Assembly (NCBI GenBank): GCA_951406725.2
Contig: OX597818.1
Span: forward strand, 14,012,001-14,076,000
Direction of reading: 5' to 3'
From: Octopus vulgaris
Taxonomy: Eukaryota
DNA: 64,000 nt
Positions 37,371 through 50,282 of the stretch are shown here, one piece after another. A model generated the notes under the pieces. That model ran no database searches, was not told the DNA's origin, and saw only the letters and a list, made by a program, of their open reading frames with translations. Positions within the stretch are counted from its first letter, which is position 1, and every line of letters starts with the position of its first letter. The position numbers and the translations under genes are program-made.

Positions 37371-40300
37371 GTGGTGAATGTGTGTTCGCCGTTGCGTTTC
37401 TGTTTATCACCCATTAACGCTTGACAACCGCTGTTGTTTTGCTTTTATCACTATAACATAATAGTTCGGCAAAAAGAGAGTGACAGAGTAAGTAATAGTC
37501 TTAAAAAGGAAATATGTATTGGAGTCAAATACATGCAAGCCCGGACATCGACACATATTCTCAATGCTGATGCTCTATGCCTCAAATTCATTATAAATAT
37601 TTGATGTAGATAAATAACCGCTTCGAGTAATTCAAATCTTATAGTAATTATCTGCGAACAACTGGGAGATGTGCTTACTATTATACCTTCCAAAGTAACC
37701 GCTTCTGTATTACGATATGAACTGTTCATTTGTGGGCTTTAAATTGCTGGCTTGGGGTTTTACACACTTTATTAGATTTTTTAATGACAAAGATTGTTTG
37801 ATGACAAAGAATTGTTCTCTGGGTTTCAAATCCCGAATCCAAGTCTATTTCCTCCATAATATTCTATTTTGAAAGACGAATGTTATTTCTGAAAATCAGT
37901 TCCGAGAATCACATCTTTACAAAGTTACTTTAACAAAGGTAAGTATTTGTATATATATTGTTACTGAAGCAAAGATCAAAGGTTCACTGGTCTGTAATGG
38001 AATTGTTAAATGAGAAATTGGCTAGTGAAATAAAATAGATATGTTGTATATTTTACGGAACTCTTTGCACCTGTGTCTGTCGGAGATATAATCGTGGTCA
38101 TAATATTGGTCTTGTTCTTTCTCGGGAAAACTCATCCCCAGTAATTCTTTTTCTCACACAAGGGACAGTCGCTTGCCTTCTGAGGACACTTCGTTAATGA
38201 AGATTATCAACGTTCTCTGTAAGCCCGGCAGCTTTATTATGATAAGCCTGCTGAAGAATAAACAAAAACCTCTCAGAAACTGCAGCAATTAGTTTAAAAG
38301 CTTTGAAGTTAGCCGTTCTAGACTCTGATTCCTGAAGTAAGTATATTGAGCACAATCTGTATATGAAGGCACCCTTTACCAGTTCTACGAGATACTGTTC
38401 TGCTGCTACAATTGGCAGTGAAAATGTTTAATGCATAGACCCATAAGGAAGTTATTTAATGTTTCACCAAGCCGATGATATTTTGTAGCAAATTGCTTTC
38501 TAGCAAAATATTATGGTCCATTTTCATATTCATGTTTTTTTTTGAGCTTGAATTGCTAATTCGAAGTCTACAGCTATCCAAAATATACTCAAATATTGTT
38601 GTCAACACATTATGTTGGATATAGTATTGCGTCAAGTACTCCTTCGTCGCACTCAGTAAAATATGATTTCTTTCTCAGCAAATGTTAATTTTTATCTACA
38701 TCATGCTCGTCAGGATAGAGTGTGTGACACATCATGCTGAATTATGATTTATATAAATTGTTATGCACAAAAAATAGTGTTCAAAGGTATATCCAACTCG
38801 TGGTGTAACAAAGAGCAAACGCAGGAAAAGTTATATGGATAAAAGGAAACGTTGCATGAACAAATAGAATATAATACAATTACTAAATTTCTATAAACTT
38901 GCACTGTTGTGCTTCATCCATTGCCCTCACACTTCTACCAAATAGTTCGACGTCTATATTTTACCTCCACAGAATTGCATGAAACTAACATTGATTTCTT
39001 CGAAAACATAATTATAATAAAGATAAATTCCGTATCTGAATGATCATATTTTCCAAGGCTAAACTTTTGAGAACTATTAGTTCAGTGATCGAATGATATA
39101 TGTCAACGATATCAAAGTCATTGAACTTACAATTGGTATTGAACCAACGCAACCGTTCTTATACTTCTATACTATTGCTATCCGAATAATTGTTTCTGGT
39201 ATTTGCAATCTATACTTAATTCAGGTCTTCCTGAGTTAAGCTGAATACGTTTGGCGTTTGATAGTGATGTTTAATGTAAGGTTCTTAACAGTAATCCATA
39301 AAGAACTGTAAGCAGCATATACCACAGTACTATACTAAATCAACCCCCAGTTTCATTAGCTCTTAGACGTATGTGTGCTTGTTTGATGCTACGTACTTCA
39401 GCCGTACTGCACATATTTTCTGTTGTGGTTTATAAGATAAAACCTTGTGTTTTGGGTTTTTATTTATTTTTATAGTGAAAACTAACATGACAAAACAACT
39501 CTTCTTAATTAAATTTTCTACCAGTTTCCAACGAAATATAAACGCCAAAATAATCTAATGACAATAACAATTCTGATGTAAACATTTGTATTTTTCAAAT
39601 ATTTATGATGTTCATCATCTTCTTTTTGTAAATCTCTGAATCATAATAAATAATAACGATAATTGCCAGCTGCAGTTATTAGTACCGTGTGCTTAAATAT
39701 CCCTGGGCAACTGTTTCGATCAAAGTCTTTTTTGCTCTAATTGAACATTAATTTTAGTACTAAGATATTTATCAGGATATACCTTCCTTTCACTGTGAAT
39801 TAAAATCTTCAGCTATTTTACTGAAGTATACAGACATAATTGGCATCTGAAGGAAACAATCTTACATATTCTTAATGTATTGTCAGTTTCATATCTATAA
39901 CTGCCGTCTAAAACTGCGTTACAAGCTGAGTTAAACTGATGAAGTAATTATTTTGTTACAGGATCTGTTACGTATTTTTGAATATTTATTCTTAACACGG
40001 TTAGACCAGACTGGACATAATGCATGCTGGTTTTTACGAGAGCAGTGTGTTCAACACACTCGATTCATGACGCACGGTATTCTGATTCAAGAAGGAATGC
40101 GCAAATATTCGTTCCATATCTAGCTGTACACGGTGTAAATAACGATTCTTTATCGTAGGGAGGCATGAGCAGTGATCAGCCAACAATTCTCTTTTACCTC
40201 AAGCCTTCCTGATTTGTTCTGACTTCATTATTACAACTAACACGACTCGATACCAGTACAATCTAGCCGATCTTTAATCCACTTAGGAGAACATTCCTTC

Positions 40301-40716
40301 AACGATTTGCAGTAGTTTATTATATTTAACTCGAGTTATGTTCTCGTTGCATATAACAATTTTTAGCGCAATACGAAATGTATAGATAGATAGATAAACA
40401 GAGAAGGAGAGAGAGATACAGAGTAAGAAGAGGGAGAGAGTGGGGGGGGGAGAATTTTATATGAATGCAAACATTAATAAAAAACAGAATTTTCCAATTA
40501 CACTATATAATAGATTGAAAAGTCCGGTTGCATTTTTTTGTTCACTTTACGGATACTTTTTTCAATATTTCTTGTAAAGTAAGCATTAATTATTACATTC
40601 TAATTTTGTTCGTTTTCTATCTTTGTAGTTCATCTTATAAGATAGATTGGTTACATACGTATATTACCTCGGCAGCATTATCTGATACTATAGTATATGC
40701 GATATTACTTTTGATG

Positions 40717-40930
40717 ACGGTGGAGAGCCCGGCATAATCGTTAGCTCACCAGCAAAAATGCTTTGCAGCATTTCGTCCGTCTTTAGGTTCTGTGATCAAA
40801 TTCCATCGAGGTCAACTTTGCCTTTCTTCCTTTCATGGTTGATAAAATAATTACCAATTGAGCACCGTAGTCAGTGCTATTGACTTGCCCCTCTCCAAAG
40901 AATGCTGACCTTGTGCCAACATTTGAAACC
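40717..40930 (+). mobile_element. SINE (42364 family)
   Basis: GACGGTGGAGAGCCGGCATAATCGTTAGC...GAGGTCAACTTTGCCTTTC...TTTGAAACC. Confidence 0.75.
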
Positions 40931-41000
40931 ACTATAACCTTTGAAGTCAATATCACTACCTGTTCCTAACTAGTAAGTTAATAACATTACGTAATATTTC

Positions 41001-41249
41001 GTTTTTGGATTTGGTTTGCAAGATTCTTTATGTGAGTTCGTGTGTTGAAGCATATTCTATTGTGCTTGGGGAGAGTCATTTTCTTTTTGTGCCTTATAAT
41101 ATCACACACTCACCGGTAAAATCTCCACTTTTTTCTTATTTTTATTTTCCTAAAATTTTCGTTGCGTCTTGCAACCTTTTCAATAGTTTTACCGGTGAAT
41201 GTGTTATATTATAAGGCACAAAAAGAAAATGACTCTCCCCAGACACAAT
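41001..41249. repeat. Short repeat with 63-bp inverted duplication and small 3' hairpin
   Basis: 41059-41121 and 41187-41249 are near-perfect reverse complements. Hairpin GTTGC-GTCTT-GCAAC at 41161-41175. Confidence 0.75.
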
Positions 41250-42363
41250 TTCGTAATATTTTTTTACTGATAATAACCGAATTCCCTGACGCTTTATAGT
41301 GTACGTATCCTATAACTCTCTAATATACTACTTAATTTTTGTTTTACTCAACTAATTTACTTGCTATGAAGCCTTCCATCCTTCCAATATGTTTCAGTAA
41401 CAAACTTGTTATTCCACCAGTTTTCTGACTCCTCTAGTTTAGCTCTATATTAAAAATTAACTCAATTAAAAAATCGCTTATCGATTTTGATATAACCTCT
41501 TCTAACCTATGACTGTTAATCTTACACAGGTCTTTATATTTTGTACTCTTCATTAACTATATTATATATATCCAGCGAATATAGGAGATGTGGGTTCGAT
41601 GCCCATGCGTACTAATACGCACTTTTTTTTCCGCCGTGGACTTACATGTCCCAATAATAGACTATTTTCTTCGGTCAATACACGGTGATAGCTAATGAGC
41701 ATTAGGTTCATAATAATAATTATTACTATTATTTACGGAATTTTCATTCGTCATTGCTTCTCCATTTAACGCAGAAAACGCACGTGCTTGTTTGATTAAA
41801 AGCAACGTTATGAAATTATATCCCTTAAATCTAACGGAAAGAAGTGGGTGGATAGGCTATTGTAATCGATTAGAATATTTATCGTGAATAGAAGAGATTC
41901 CCATGCATACTAATACCCACTTCTTTTCGGCGAGAGGGCTTATATACTCAAAAATAGATTTCTTTAGCCAACACACGGTGATTATTTATATGCATTAAAA
42001 TTCTATAAACAATGATGTAAAGAACATTAGCACCTATGAACGGGCATTTCAGGCATACATGCTATGCGGCACATGATCACATACTGGTTGGATATATTCA
42101 ACCATCTCCTATGTATATTCGGAGATGTGGATGAACGTACACCCATGTAAACAGAAGCTTTGAGTGTATTCATGTGTGTGTGGGAATGGGTTCGTCTATC
42201 TTTTTAATGTTTTCTATAGATTATGAAAACTCTGTTTTTATGCTCACATTTTATGCTGCGTTGTGCTATGTGGCAAAATGAAACGCAAAAACACATAAAT
42301 ATTTCTGACTTGTCTGAAACAAAGTTCACCTTAACGATCCTCAACTCGTAATCTAATTGCTTT

Positions 42364-42580
42364 AAGGCGGCAAGATGTTGAAACGGTAGCACGCCGGGCG
42401 AAATAATTAGCGTTATTTCGTCTATCTTTACGTTCTGAGTTCAAATTATGCGGAGGTCGACTTGGCCTTTCATTCTTTCGGGTCGATAAATTTAGTACCA
42501 GTTGTATGCGTACTGGGGTCGATCCAATCCACTGGCTTCCGTCTCAAAAAATTCGGACCTTGTGCCTAGAGTAGAAAAGA
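42364..42580 (+). mobile_element. tRNA-derived SINE, second family
   Basis: AAGGCGGCAAG..AGCACGCCGGGCGAAAT..GAGTTCAAAT (B box)..GGTCGATAAATT..GTGCCTAGAGTAGAAAAGA. Five copies in the window. Confidence 0.82.
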
Positions 42581-43289
42581 AAAGGATATCCTTCTTCTTC
42601 CATCCATAACACTCCCGCCTCTCTACTTATCTATTTATGAGAATTGCATTACTAAGTTAGACCTCTCGAATACTTTGGCACAGTTAAAAAAAATTGATTT
42701 ACGTAAATCCCAATTGAAAACTCGACTTGTAAATAGAATCTCTTGTTCTTCATTCACCTTTTCACATGTCACATATCTACGTTCTCGTAACTGGCTGTCA
42801 ACTTTGATTCTTGATACTGTGTTATTCTCTCAGTCTCCTTACGGCAGTTCAAATTAAAAACTTACTATTCATATTTTCTTTTAAATAACTCTTAGAAATG
42901 CAAGATAAAAATATATTCGATAAATCTAAGTTTAATCTAAATAATTCAGTTCTCTGTTTTTAAAACGTTTCTAAAATAATAATGGTAATTCTACCCGTTT
43001 GAAGGACTGTTACGGTTTCTGATCATAGGAAAATTCTACATATATTAGAGATAATGTCGGTTAAAAGATATCTTAACATTAGTTAAAAATGTTGAATAGC
43101 TTGCTAAGTAATAAATTACAAATATATATTGAACGTTTTAAGGAACGCTTTTATAAAAATAGATAAAACTAAAAATGCTTATTCATCCTGTAAATAAGAA
43201 CCCAGAATAACTGTCTCTTTAAAAGTTGGTGCGTGGAAACAGGACTAGGGTACAAGGCTAACATCACCGACTTCAAGAAACGCTGTCTT

Positions 43290-43590
43290 TGATATGACAG
43301 GAAAACCTTCAAGGAGAGCGATATCCAGCATTTGCCTTCGTTCAGACACAGTCACAAAAGGCACACAAAAGTTTAACCAGTATGGTATAGACACTTGAAG
43401 AGAGGTGCGTGAAGAAACCCCGTATAATCTGGAGCAGTATAGATAAAACCAGCAGATATGCAGGTTGGGGCAGCAAATGCAACATCTGTATTACGGAAAA
43501 AGTAAATATTATAACATGAACAATACACGTTTTTGATATTAGGGAGGAAATATTCTCCCATGCATGCAAAAGAAGCAACTCATTCTCCAA
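43290..43590 (+). pseudogene. GIY-YIG endonuclease C-terminal fragment, Naiad-type PLE
   Basis: QHLPSFRHSHKRH..SLTSMV*TL...IIWSSI...KCNICITEKVNII...REEIFS, with frameshifts. Parallels 27628-27958. Confidence 0.7.
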
Positions 43591-43893
43591 AATCTCAAGC
43601 ATCACCCCAACCTCCCACTGTGCTACACCGCCAACCTGCATGTTTTTGGATATCGGGTATATGCACATCATGCTTCATATGTACATTATACGTTACAGAC
43701 ATATCTTTGCATGGACTTATGAAGGATACCCTAATTACACTATTTATATGCTTAGAACATCTGCATAATATCACATTATTCACAGAAAGACATGTAAATG
43801 AGTTTTCGAGCTTAGAATTCCATTGAGGAAGTTTGGCGTCAATGGAATCCATAAATATTTATATGCACATCCTGAGGCAGAACAAAGCACACG

Positions 43894-43921
<28 letters not shown>

Positions 43922-43925
<4 letters not shown>

Positions 43926-44886
43926 GGGCAGGCAACTGGTTGCTTGGCCGCATACCGAAAAATTAGAAATAGCAGTCAAGACTGTTTATTTCTATTTTCT
44001 ACAAGTGGGACTCCACACACGACATATCCCTGTAATTCACATATGCAAAATAGAAGGAATAACTTGAGTGCTATTTCTAATTTTTCGGTATGCGGCCAAG
44101 CAACCTGTTGCCTGCCCCTTTTATTTATATACAATATATATACTGAACTTTACAGAAGTTCCTACCGTTGATCGGTTATATTTACATACCGAATTCTACC
44201 AGTAAATAATTGTTGTTTTTTAAAAACCATTATAGGAATTATTTACTCTTATTATTATATTACTAATTGGAATTTTCACTCCCTTCGACAACCCATAGTT
44301 CCTACCTCTAAGGAACTATTTTTGTAATGCGCATGGCAACATTTTGGAGGGAAGATTTACAAATTCAACTGTATATTTAGGTTTAGCCCTTGCTCGCTTT
44401 CTTCAACTCTTTTGATGTCGCATGATCAGAAGGTTCGAGGTACGTAGCATTTGATATATCTATTTCAATGGATATTTGCGCCGATGACGGATGTGAAATA
44501 GATATGTAATGTATATGAAATATATATTAAAAATATATATGAAATATATATTCAATATATTTATAATGCAGAAACATGATGTTCGCAAATAACCGCCAGA
44601 CTTTGTTTTCGTTACTTATTCCTTCTGTTTTGCATATGTGAATTACAGGGATATGTCGTGTGTAGAGTCCCACTTGTAGAAAATAGAAATAAACAGTCTT
44701 GACTGCTATTTCTAAATTTTCAGTATACGGCCAAGCAACCTGTTGCCTGCCCCTTTCATTTATATACAATATATATACTGAACTTTACAGAAGTTCCTAC
44801 CGTTAATCGGTTATATTTACATACCGAATTCTACCAGTAAATAATTGTTGGTTTTTCTTAAAAATCATTATAGGAATTATTTACTC

Positions 44887-44896
<10 letters not shown>
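43922..44896 (+). mobile_element. Non-coding HHR-bearing element with partial tandem and inverted copies (pLTR/retrozyme-like)
   Basis: Direct repeats at 44063-44258 and 44698-44896 (period 635). 43922-44062 is the reverse complement of 44616-44756. Confidence 0.8.
44473..44591 (+). ncRNA. Type I hammerhead motif with 8-bp stem I and one core substitution
   Basis: TATTTGCG-CCGATGA-...-GAAA-CATGATG-TT-CGCAAATA. Confidence 0.65.
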
Positions 44897-44963
<67 letters not shown>

Positions 44964-44990
44964 TTTATATATATGTGTATATATATATAT

Positions 44991-45915
44991 ATAGGGAGAG
45001 TTTGCGAAAAAACAAAAGACGAAGACAGGCGGTGTACAAAACAAACATATATTAGTATAACGCTCAGGAATAGAAAAAGTCTTTTAGGTCCCGTATGCGA
45101 AACACACCGCCTCAGTAACTTTTTAGATACCCTCTTAAAACCATTCCTCAAGTATGTCAAGAGCTATATAAGGGATGACCTGGATATGCTCAATCACCTT
45201 CCTGAAGCAATAAACAAAAATACCCTACTAGTATCCTTCGATGTAGTCCACCTCTATTCCAATATCTCCAACAACCAAGGAATAGAGGCAATTCAATTCT
45301 GGCTACAGAATTACGTCAACATCGTATCAAAACAGAATTCGTGGTAGGAGAGCTAAAATTCATTTAGGAGAATAACTACTTCGTCTTCAAAGACAACTTC
45401 TATCGACAAAAATCGGGGACTGCGGTGGGTACTAGAATGGCCCTCTCATTTGCTAACCCAGTCATGGGATATCTAGAAATAGTCTTTATCGTAAGGTTCT
45501 AGAAAAATACGGCAGCCCGTTCTCCCAATATAGCTATCAACAACTTACCTTCCTCGACATCCTCATTCAGAAATCTAACAACGTAATAGAAGCAGATATA
45601 TACTATAAGCCCACGGGCTCCGAGCAATATCTACCGTCCCACTCATACCACCCAAACACACCAGAATTAATATTCCCTTCAACATAGCAAAAAGTATATG
45701 TACTATAGTTTTCTAATGCAAGCACCAGAGACACACGACTATATGAACTAAAGGATACACCAGGAACTACCCACCTTCACTCAATGACATATGCTTTCAA
45801 GGTGTCCTACAACTCAACATCCACGAACTCAGACATCCCAAATTAAAGAAAGTTTTACAACCAAAAGCCCTGCCATACACCTCCCCACACAACCCTCTTA
45901 ACAATGAAGCCATCA
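44991..45915 (+). mobile_element. 5'-truncated Neptune-type PLE: inverted pLTR end (44991-45087) fused to an RT fragment
   Basis: GPVCETHRLSNFLDTLLKPF..SYIRDDLD..LVSFDVVHLYSNI, NNYFVF..YRQKSGTAVGTRMA, LTFLDILI, YYKPT. Stops and frameshifts present. Confidence 0.88.
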
Positions 45916-46211
45916 ATCAGTGCAGTTTTGACGTGGTCAGTGTTAGATACTAGCATACATATTTTTATTTAATTATTCATATTTTTATTCATATTTAGCA
46001 GAAGTAACACGATGTCTCAATAGCCGAGAGGTTCGTGCGTTGGCACTTACCAATCTTTAAAATTATTGCTTCTTCTAAATACTACTAAAAAGTATACATA
46101 CACTCATATTTTAAGTTCTATTTTCACCAAATCTGCATATTTGTCATTGTGTGTGTGTGTCTGTGCGTGTGTGTGCGTGTGTTGTGAAAGCTCGTGAATT
46201 TGTGGTTAAGG

Positions 46212-48360
46212 CAGTGGTCCCCAAACCGTGCGCTGCACGATGCACTCAGGTGCGCCTCGAAGAAGTGGGGTTATATGAAAAATACAAACCGAAATTCACT
46301 AGAAAGTTCACATATAAATGCCTAAGAGGCAAAAAACTAAATACTAAGTTCTAAACTAAGAATGAGAGGTGGTTGCATCATTCAATTTTTTTAGGCTCAC
46401 TATTATTCAATTTTGAATCTGAAATTTCATATAGGATGAGAACTAAATTAGCATCCCTCTATCCTATGAACATATTCAGTGTACGACTATGTTTCGGTTT
46501 ATTTTTACTGCAACCGCTACAGGTTTTCATTTCAATAAGTGTGAAAAATAAACTATTGAACTAAAATATACGATGTTGAACAGCATCTTTTAATACGTCC
46601 TCACGTTTTGCCGCTGTATTTCAATTTCATTTTCATTCATATTGTGGCGAGAATTTTCATCTTTTCAATTACTTTTGAAAGACTTCTCAAAAGATTCATA
46701 TAATATGTGACGCGCTGCCACTTTTCACAGCTCACTCGTCAATTGTCTCAGTTTGACTCTATTTGTAATCCGTGCTGTCTGAGCGATACAATTCATATTA
46801 ACAGACTAAATTACCCATAAACTAGAAAAGTTTAAGAAGAAACATAAACGTGACGACTATGAATCTGAAAGTGATTGTTCGTGAAAAGCAACTAAGTGTA
46901 GTGATAATAATGTGAAAGCTCGATGCAATCGTAAATATTGCAATAACTATTTGAAGTTTGGGTTTCATTGGACTGACAACGAGGATCAACCTCTTCCGCT
47001 GTGTGTTGTTTGTGGTGAAAAGTTGTTTAACGAAGGCATGTTGCCTAGCAAGTTCAAAAGATATTTTACTGCTAAACACTCATATCTTCAATGTAGAGAT
47101 TTGAATTATTTCCAAAGCCTGCTAGAACAGCAATCTAAACAAACTATTTTGGAAAAAGGATGAGTGCTTCTGAAAAGGCTCAAGTCGCGTTTACATAACA
47201 AACGAAATCGCATATTTTAACCAAGTCGATTATCTTACCCGCTTGTAGAAAGATGGTTAAAACCATATTAGGTGATGAAGCCGTACAAGAAATAAGCAAG
47301 ATTCCACTCTCAAATAATACAATCCATAGAAGAATTATGGATTTATCTGCTGATGTAGAAGAAAATGTACAGAGCAAATTTCAGAATTCAGAATTTCCTG
47401 TACAGGTTGATGAGTGGGTGACGTTGGCAACAAAGTTCAAGTAAATTTATTCGCTTTATTGATGGTAAGCAAACCATAAATCAGTTCTTTTGTTTCGAAG
47501 GAATGACACTCACTACAAGAGGTCAAGATATTTTTGGAATTTTATCTACCTTGCAAAATGGAATTTGTCCTGGAATTCATGTGTTGGAATATGTACCGAT
47601 GGGGCATCATCTATTAAAGGTTTTGTATCTCTCGTACAACAAAATCCTGATGTTATACGTATTCATTGCTTCCTACTTAGAGGTACTAGTTTCAAAAACA
47701 ACACCAGTTGTGTTAAAGCAAGTATTAAACCAAGTTATTGAAATGGTTAATTATATTAAAAGTAGGCCGTTGAAGTGTCGCTTATTAGAACAAGTTTGCG
47801 CTGATAAGGATTCACAGCAAAAGCGCTTACTTTTACACTCAAAAGACAGGTGGCTCTCAAAAGGTAAGGTGCTACGTGGTATACATGAACTCCAGAAGAA
47901 AATGCATGCATTTTTTAAGAAGAAAAGTTGACCACTTCTTGGAATATCTACAATGAGAATTTGGGGTTTCTAAGCTGGAATACTTAACAGATATTTGCAC
48001 AACTTAATAGCGTCAACACAAGTATGCAAGGTAGAAATGAAAACATTTTCACTTCGACAGATAAGCAAGTTCCACTTAAAGAGAAAGTTGTAATTTGGAA
48101 AAATAAAGCTGATGGTGGAAACATTGAAATGATTCCCTTAATACGTAAAAGCTGCTTAAAAGAAATGACTCCTATTGCATTTGAACATTTGACAAATTTG
48201 GAAGAAAATATAAACATATATTTTCCGTCACTGAACACAGGAGAATATGATCGACTTCGAAATCCCTTCATGAAATTCCATCTAATATTGGTCTGAAAAT
48301 ATGTGGAGAAAAATTTACATCAGTGATTGCGGACTTAAAATCAAGTATGCTGAGTTACCA
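46212..48360 (+). mobile_element. hAT transposon, Buster/Charlie (ZBED5/SCAND3-like) type, decayed, 3' end lost
   Basis: Left end CAGTGGTCCCCAAAC preceded by GGTTAAGG (NNNTANNN). BED finger RKY..YLKFGF..PLCVVCGEKL, IPLSNNTIHRRI, CVGICTDGA, IHCFL, VNYIKSRPL, RWLSKGKVL. Multiple frameshifts. Confidence 0.92.
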
Positions 48361-49145
48361 TTTAAAGGTTAGATAGCAGGTAGGGCATTCAAAAAAGTTA
48401 TAACTTGAGAGCACTTAGTGAGCATGTTAGGGGTGAGAGAGAGTAACGTATCAAGCAGCCGAATTCGTTTCCACAACCTGTAAGATAATGTTTGAGTTAG
48501 CTATATATGTATCTCCCTGCTATTCATTCTATTAGATTTTATATTTTATACCTGCTTTATTACTCTAGGATCTGATATGGGGTTGAAACTAAGATAATAA
48601 AGTACATAAGACAATTAAGCATTGAATATGAGTACAACAAAAACTTATTTAAAATTAAAAAGAAAGAGAAAGTACATATGTAATGCTTCGGAGTTATAAC
48701 GGGAGAGGGAGATGACAGGTGAGATTGTATAATTTAGTAAAATTAAGAGAATATGAAAATTAGGTAAATTAAGCTATAATAATTTATAATAAATAGCAAC
48801 AATAATAAGGATCATGCATCAACTATTAGGATGCTTAGAGGGAGTTGTACACTAAACAAAACAGAAATAATACAGGGGGATAAAGCAATGAACTCAGTAA
48901 GAGAGAGAGAGAGAGAAAGGGAAAATGTCCCACCTATTTGAAAACTATGAAAATATTTTAGAAAAAAAACATTTCATTTCATTTTTCCACAACTTAATTG
49001 TTTTTCATGCTTTACTCCAAGTTGAAAAGTCGCAAAGGCTGAAACCGAAACTAAAATGTTCTTATGATAAAATCGTTTTAGCATTTTCTACCTTGTCCTA
49101 TCTTTCTTTTACATATCAACTCGTGTGTAACTTTTCAACCTTCTA

Positions 49146-49227
49146 CACACACACACATGCACACACACATACACACACACGCACACACACACACACACAC
49201 ACACTCACACACACATACACACACGCA

Positions 49228-49269
<42 letters not shown>

Positions 49270-49290
49270 TATATATATATACATATATAA
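49146..49290. repeat. (CA)n/(TA)n microsatellite
   Basis: Direct reading. Confidence 0.95.
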
Positions 49291-49691
49291 TATTCTTAAA
49301 AAGAAGTCAACGAATTTATTAAGCATATCAGGTGGGCCGTTGGGAAAAATGCATTGAATCTGTATATGTAGTGGGATGGTGATTCTGGTAGTGTTAAAAT
49401 GGTTGCCGTGTTAAAGGGATTGGCTTATTATTTCTTTTTATTGCTGATTTGCTTTTCATGGTTGGTTACACATGCGATTTTCCTTAGCTGATCATTAAGA
49501 TTCAACATACACACATTTCACACACACACATACATATTTTTATATATAGAAAGTAATTAAGATTCAGTTCAATTAGCTACTTAAATTGAAGCACCAAATC
49601 AGTCTGGTATTATCCGCACAACTCGAAGGTGAATGAAATGAAAATAGTTAAATGGATTTCAAGTAGTAAAAACTGTTTAAAGAGAGTCCAT

Positions 49692-49809
49692 TTACTTAAG
49701 CAGTGAGCCTTGAATTAAACAGTGACCTAATAACGGGCAATATGATTTTACTCTACAATTGCTACCGGGAGCATTACTGTTATTAATACCATTGATATTC
49801 CTATTATTA

Positions 49810-49867
<58 letters not shown>

Positions 49868-49884
49868 GATCATCATCATCATCA

Positions 49885-49955
<71 letters not shown>

Positions 49956-50206
49956 ATTATTACTACTACTATAATTATTATCAGCATTATTATTACTGTT
50001 AATATTTCTACTTCCTGCAACTATAGTATGATTTAAATTCATTTCAGCATCACCAGGTACTGCGTCAGTAATACCTGGGCTGGTATAAACATGGGCGTCA
50101 CAGTTTATATCATACATATTAGATATAATAGCTCTGCTGTTCCTGGTTGCTACATATCCATTATTGTTATCATCATCAGTGAGGTTTAAACCGTTATTAA
50201 GAATTC

Positions 50207-50282
<76 letters not shown>

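Noticed and set aside
38250-38290. CTGAAGA...GAAACTGCAG hammerhead-like string
   Set aside because: No stem I or II pairing and no UH triplet. Too weak to call.
37730-39400. Possible decayed DNA transposase on the minus strand
   Set aside because: No recognisable motif or termini found by eye.
46912-48296. Domesticated ZBED5/SCAND3-like gene
   Set aside because: Multiple stops and frameshifts plus a retained TIR indicate a dead transposon.
49692-49770. Selenoprotein-type Naiad (TGA at conserved Cys positions)
   Set aside because: The Cys motifs read here and at about 27835 and 43480 use TGT/TGC (one AGC), not TGA. No SECIS identified.
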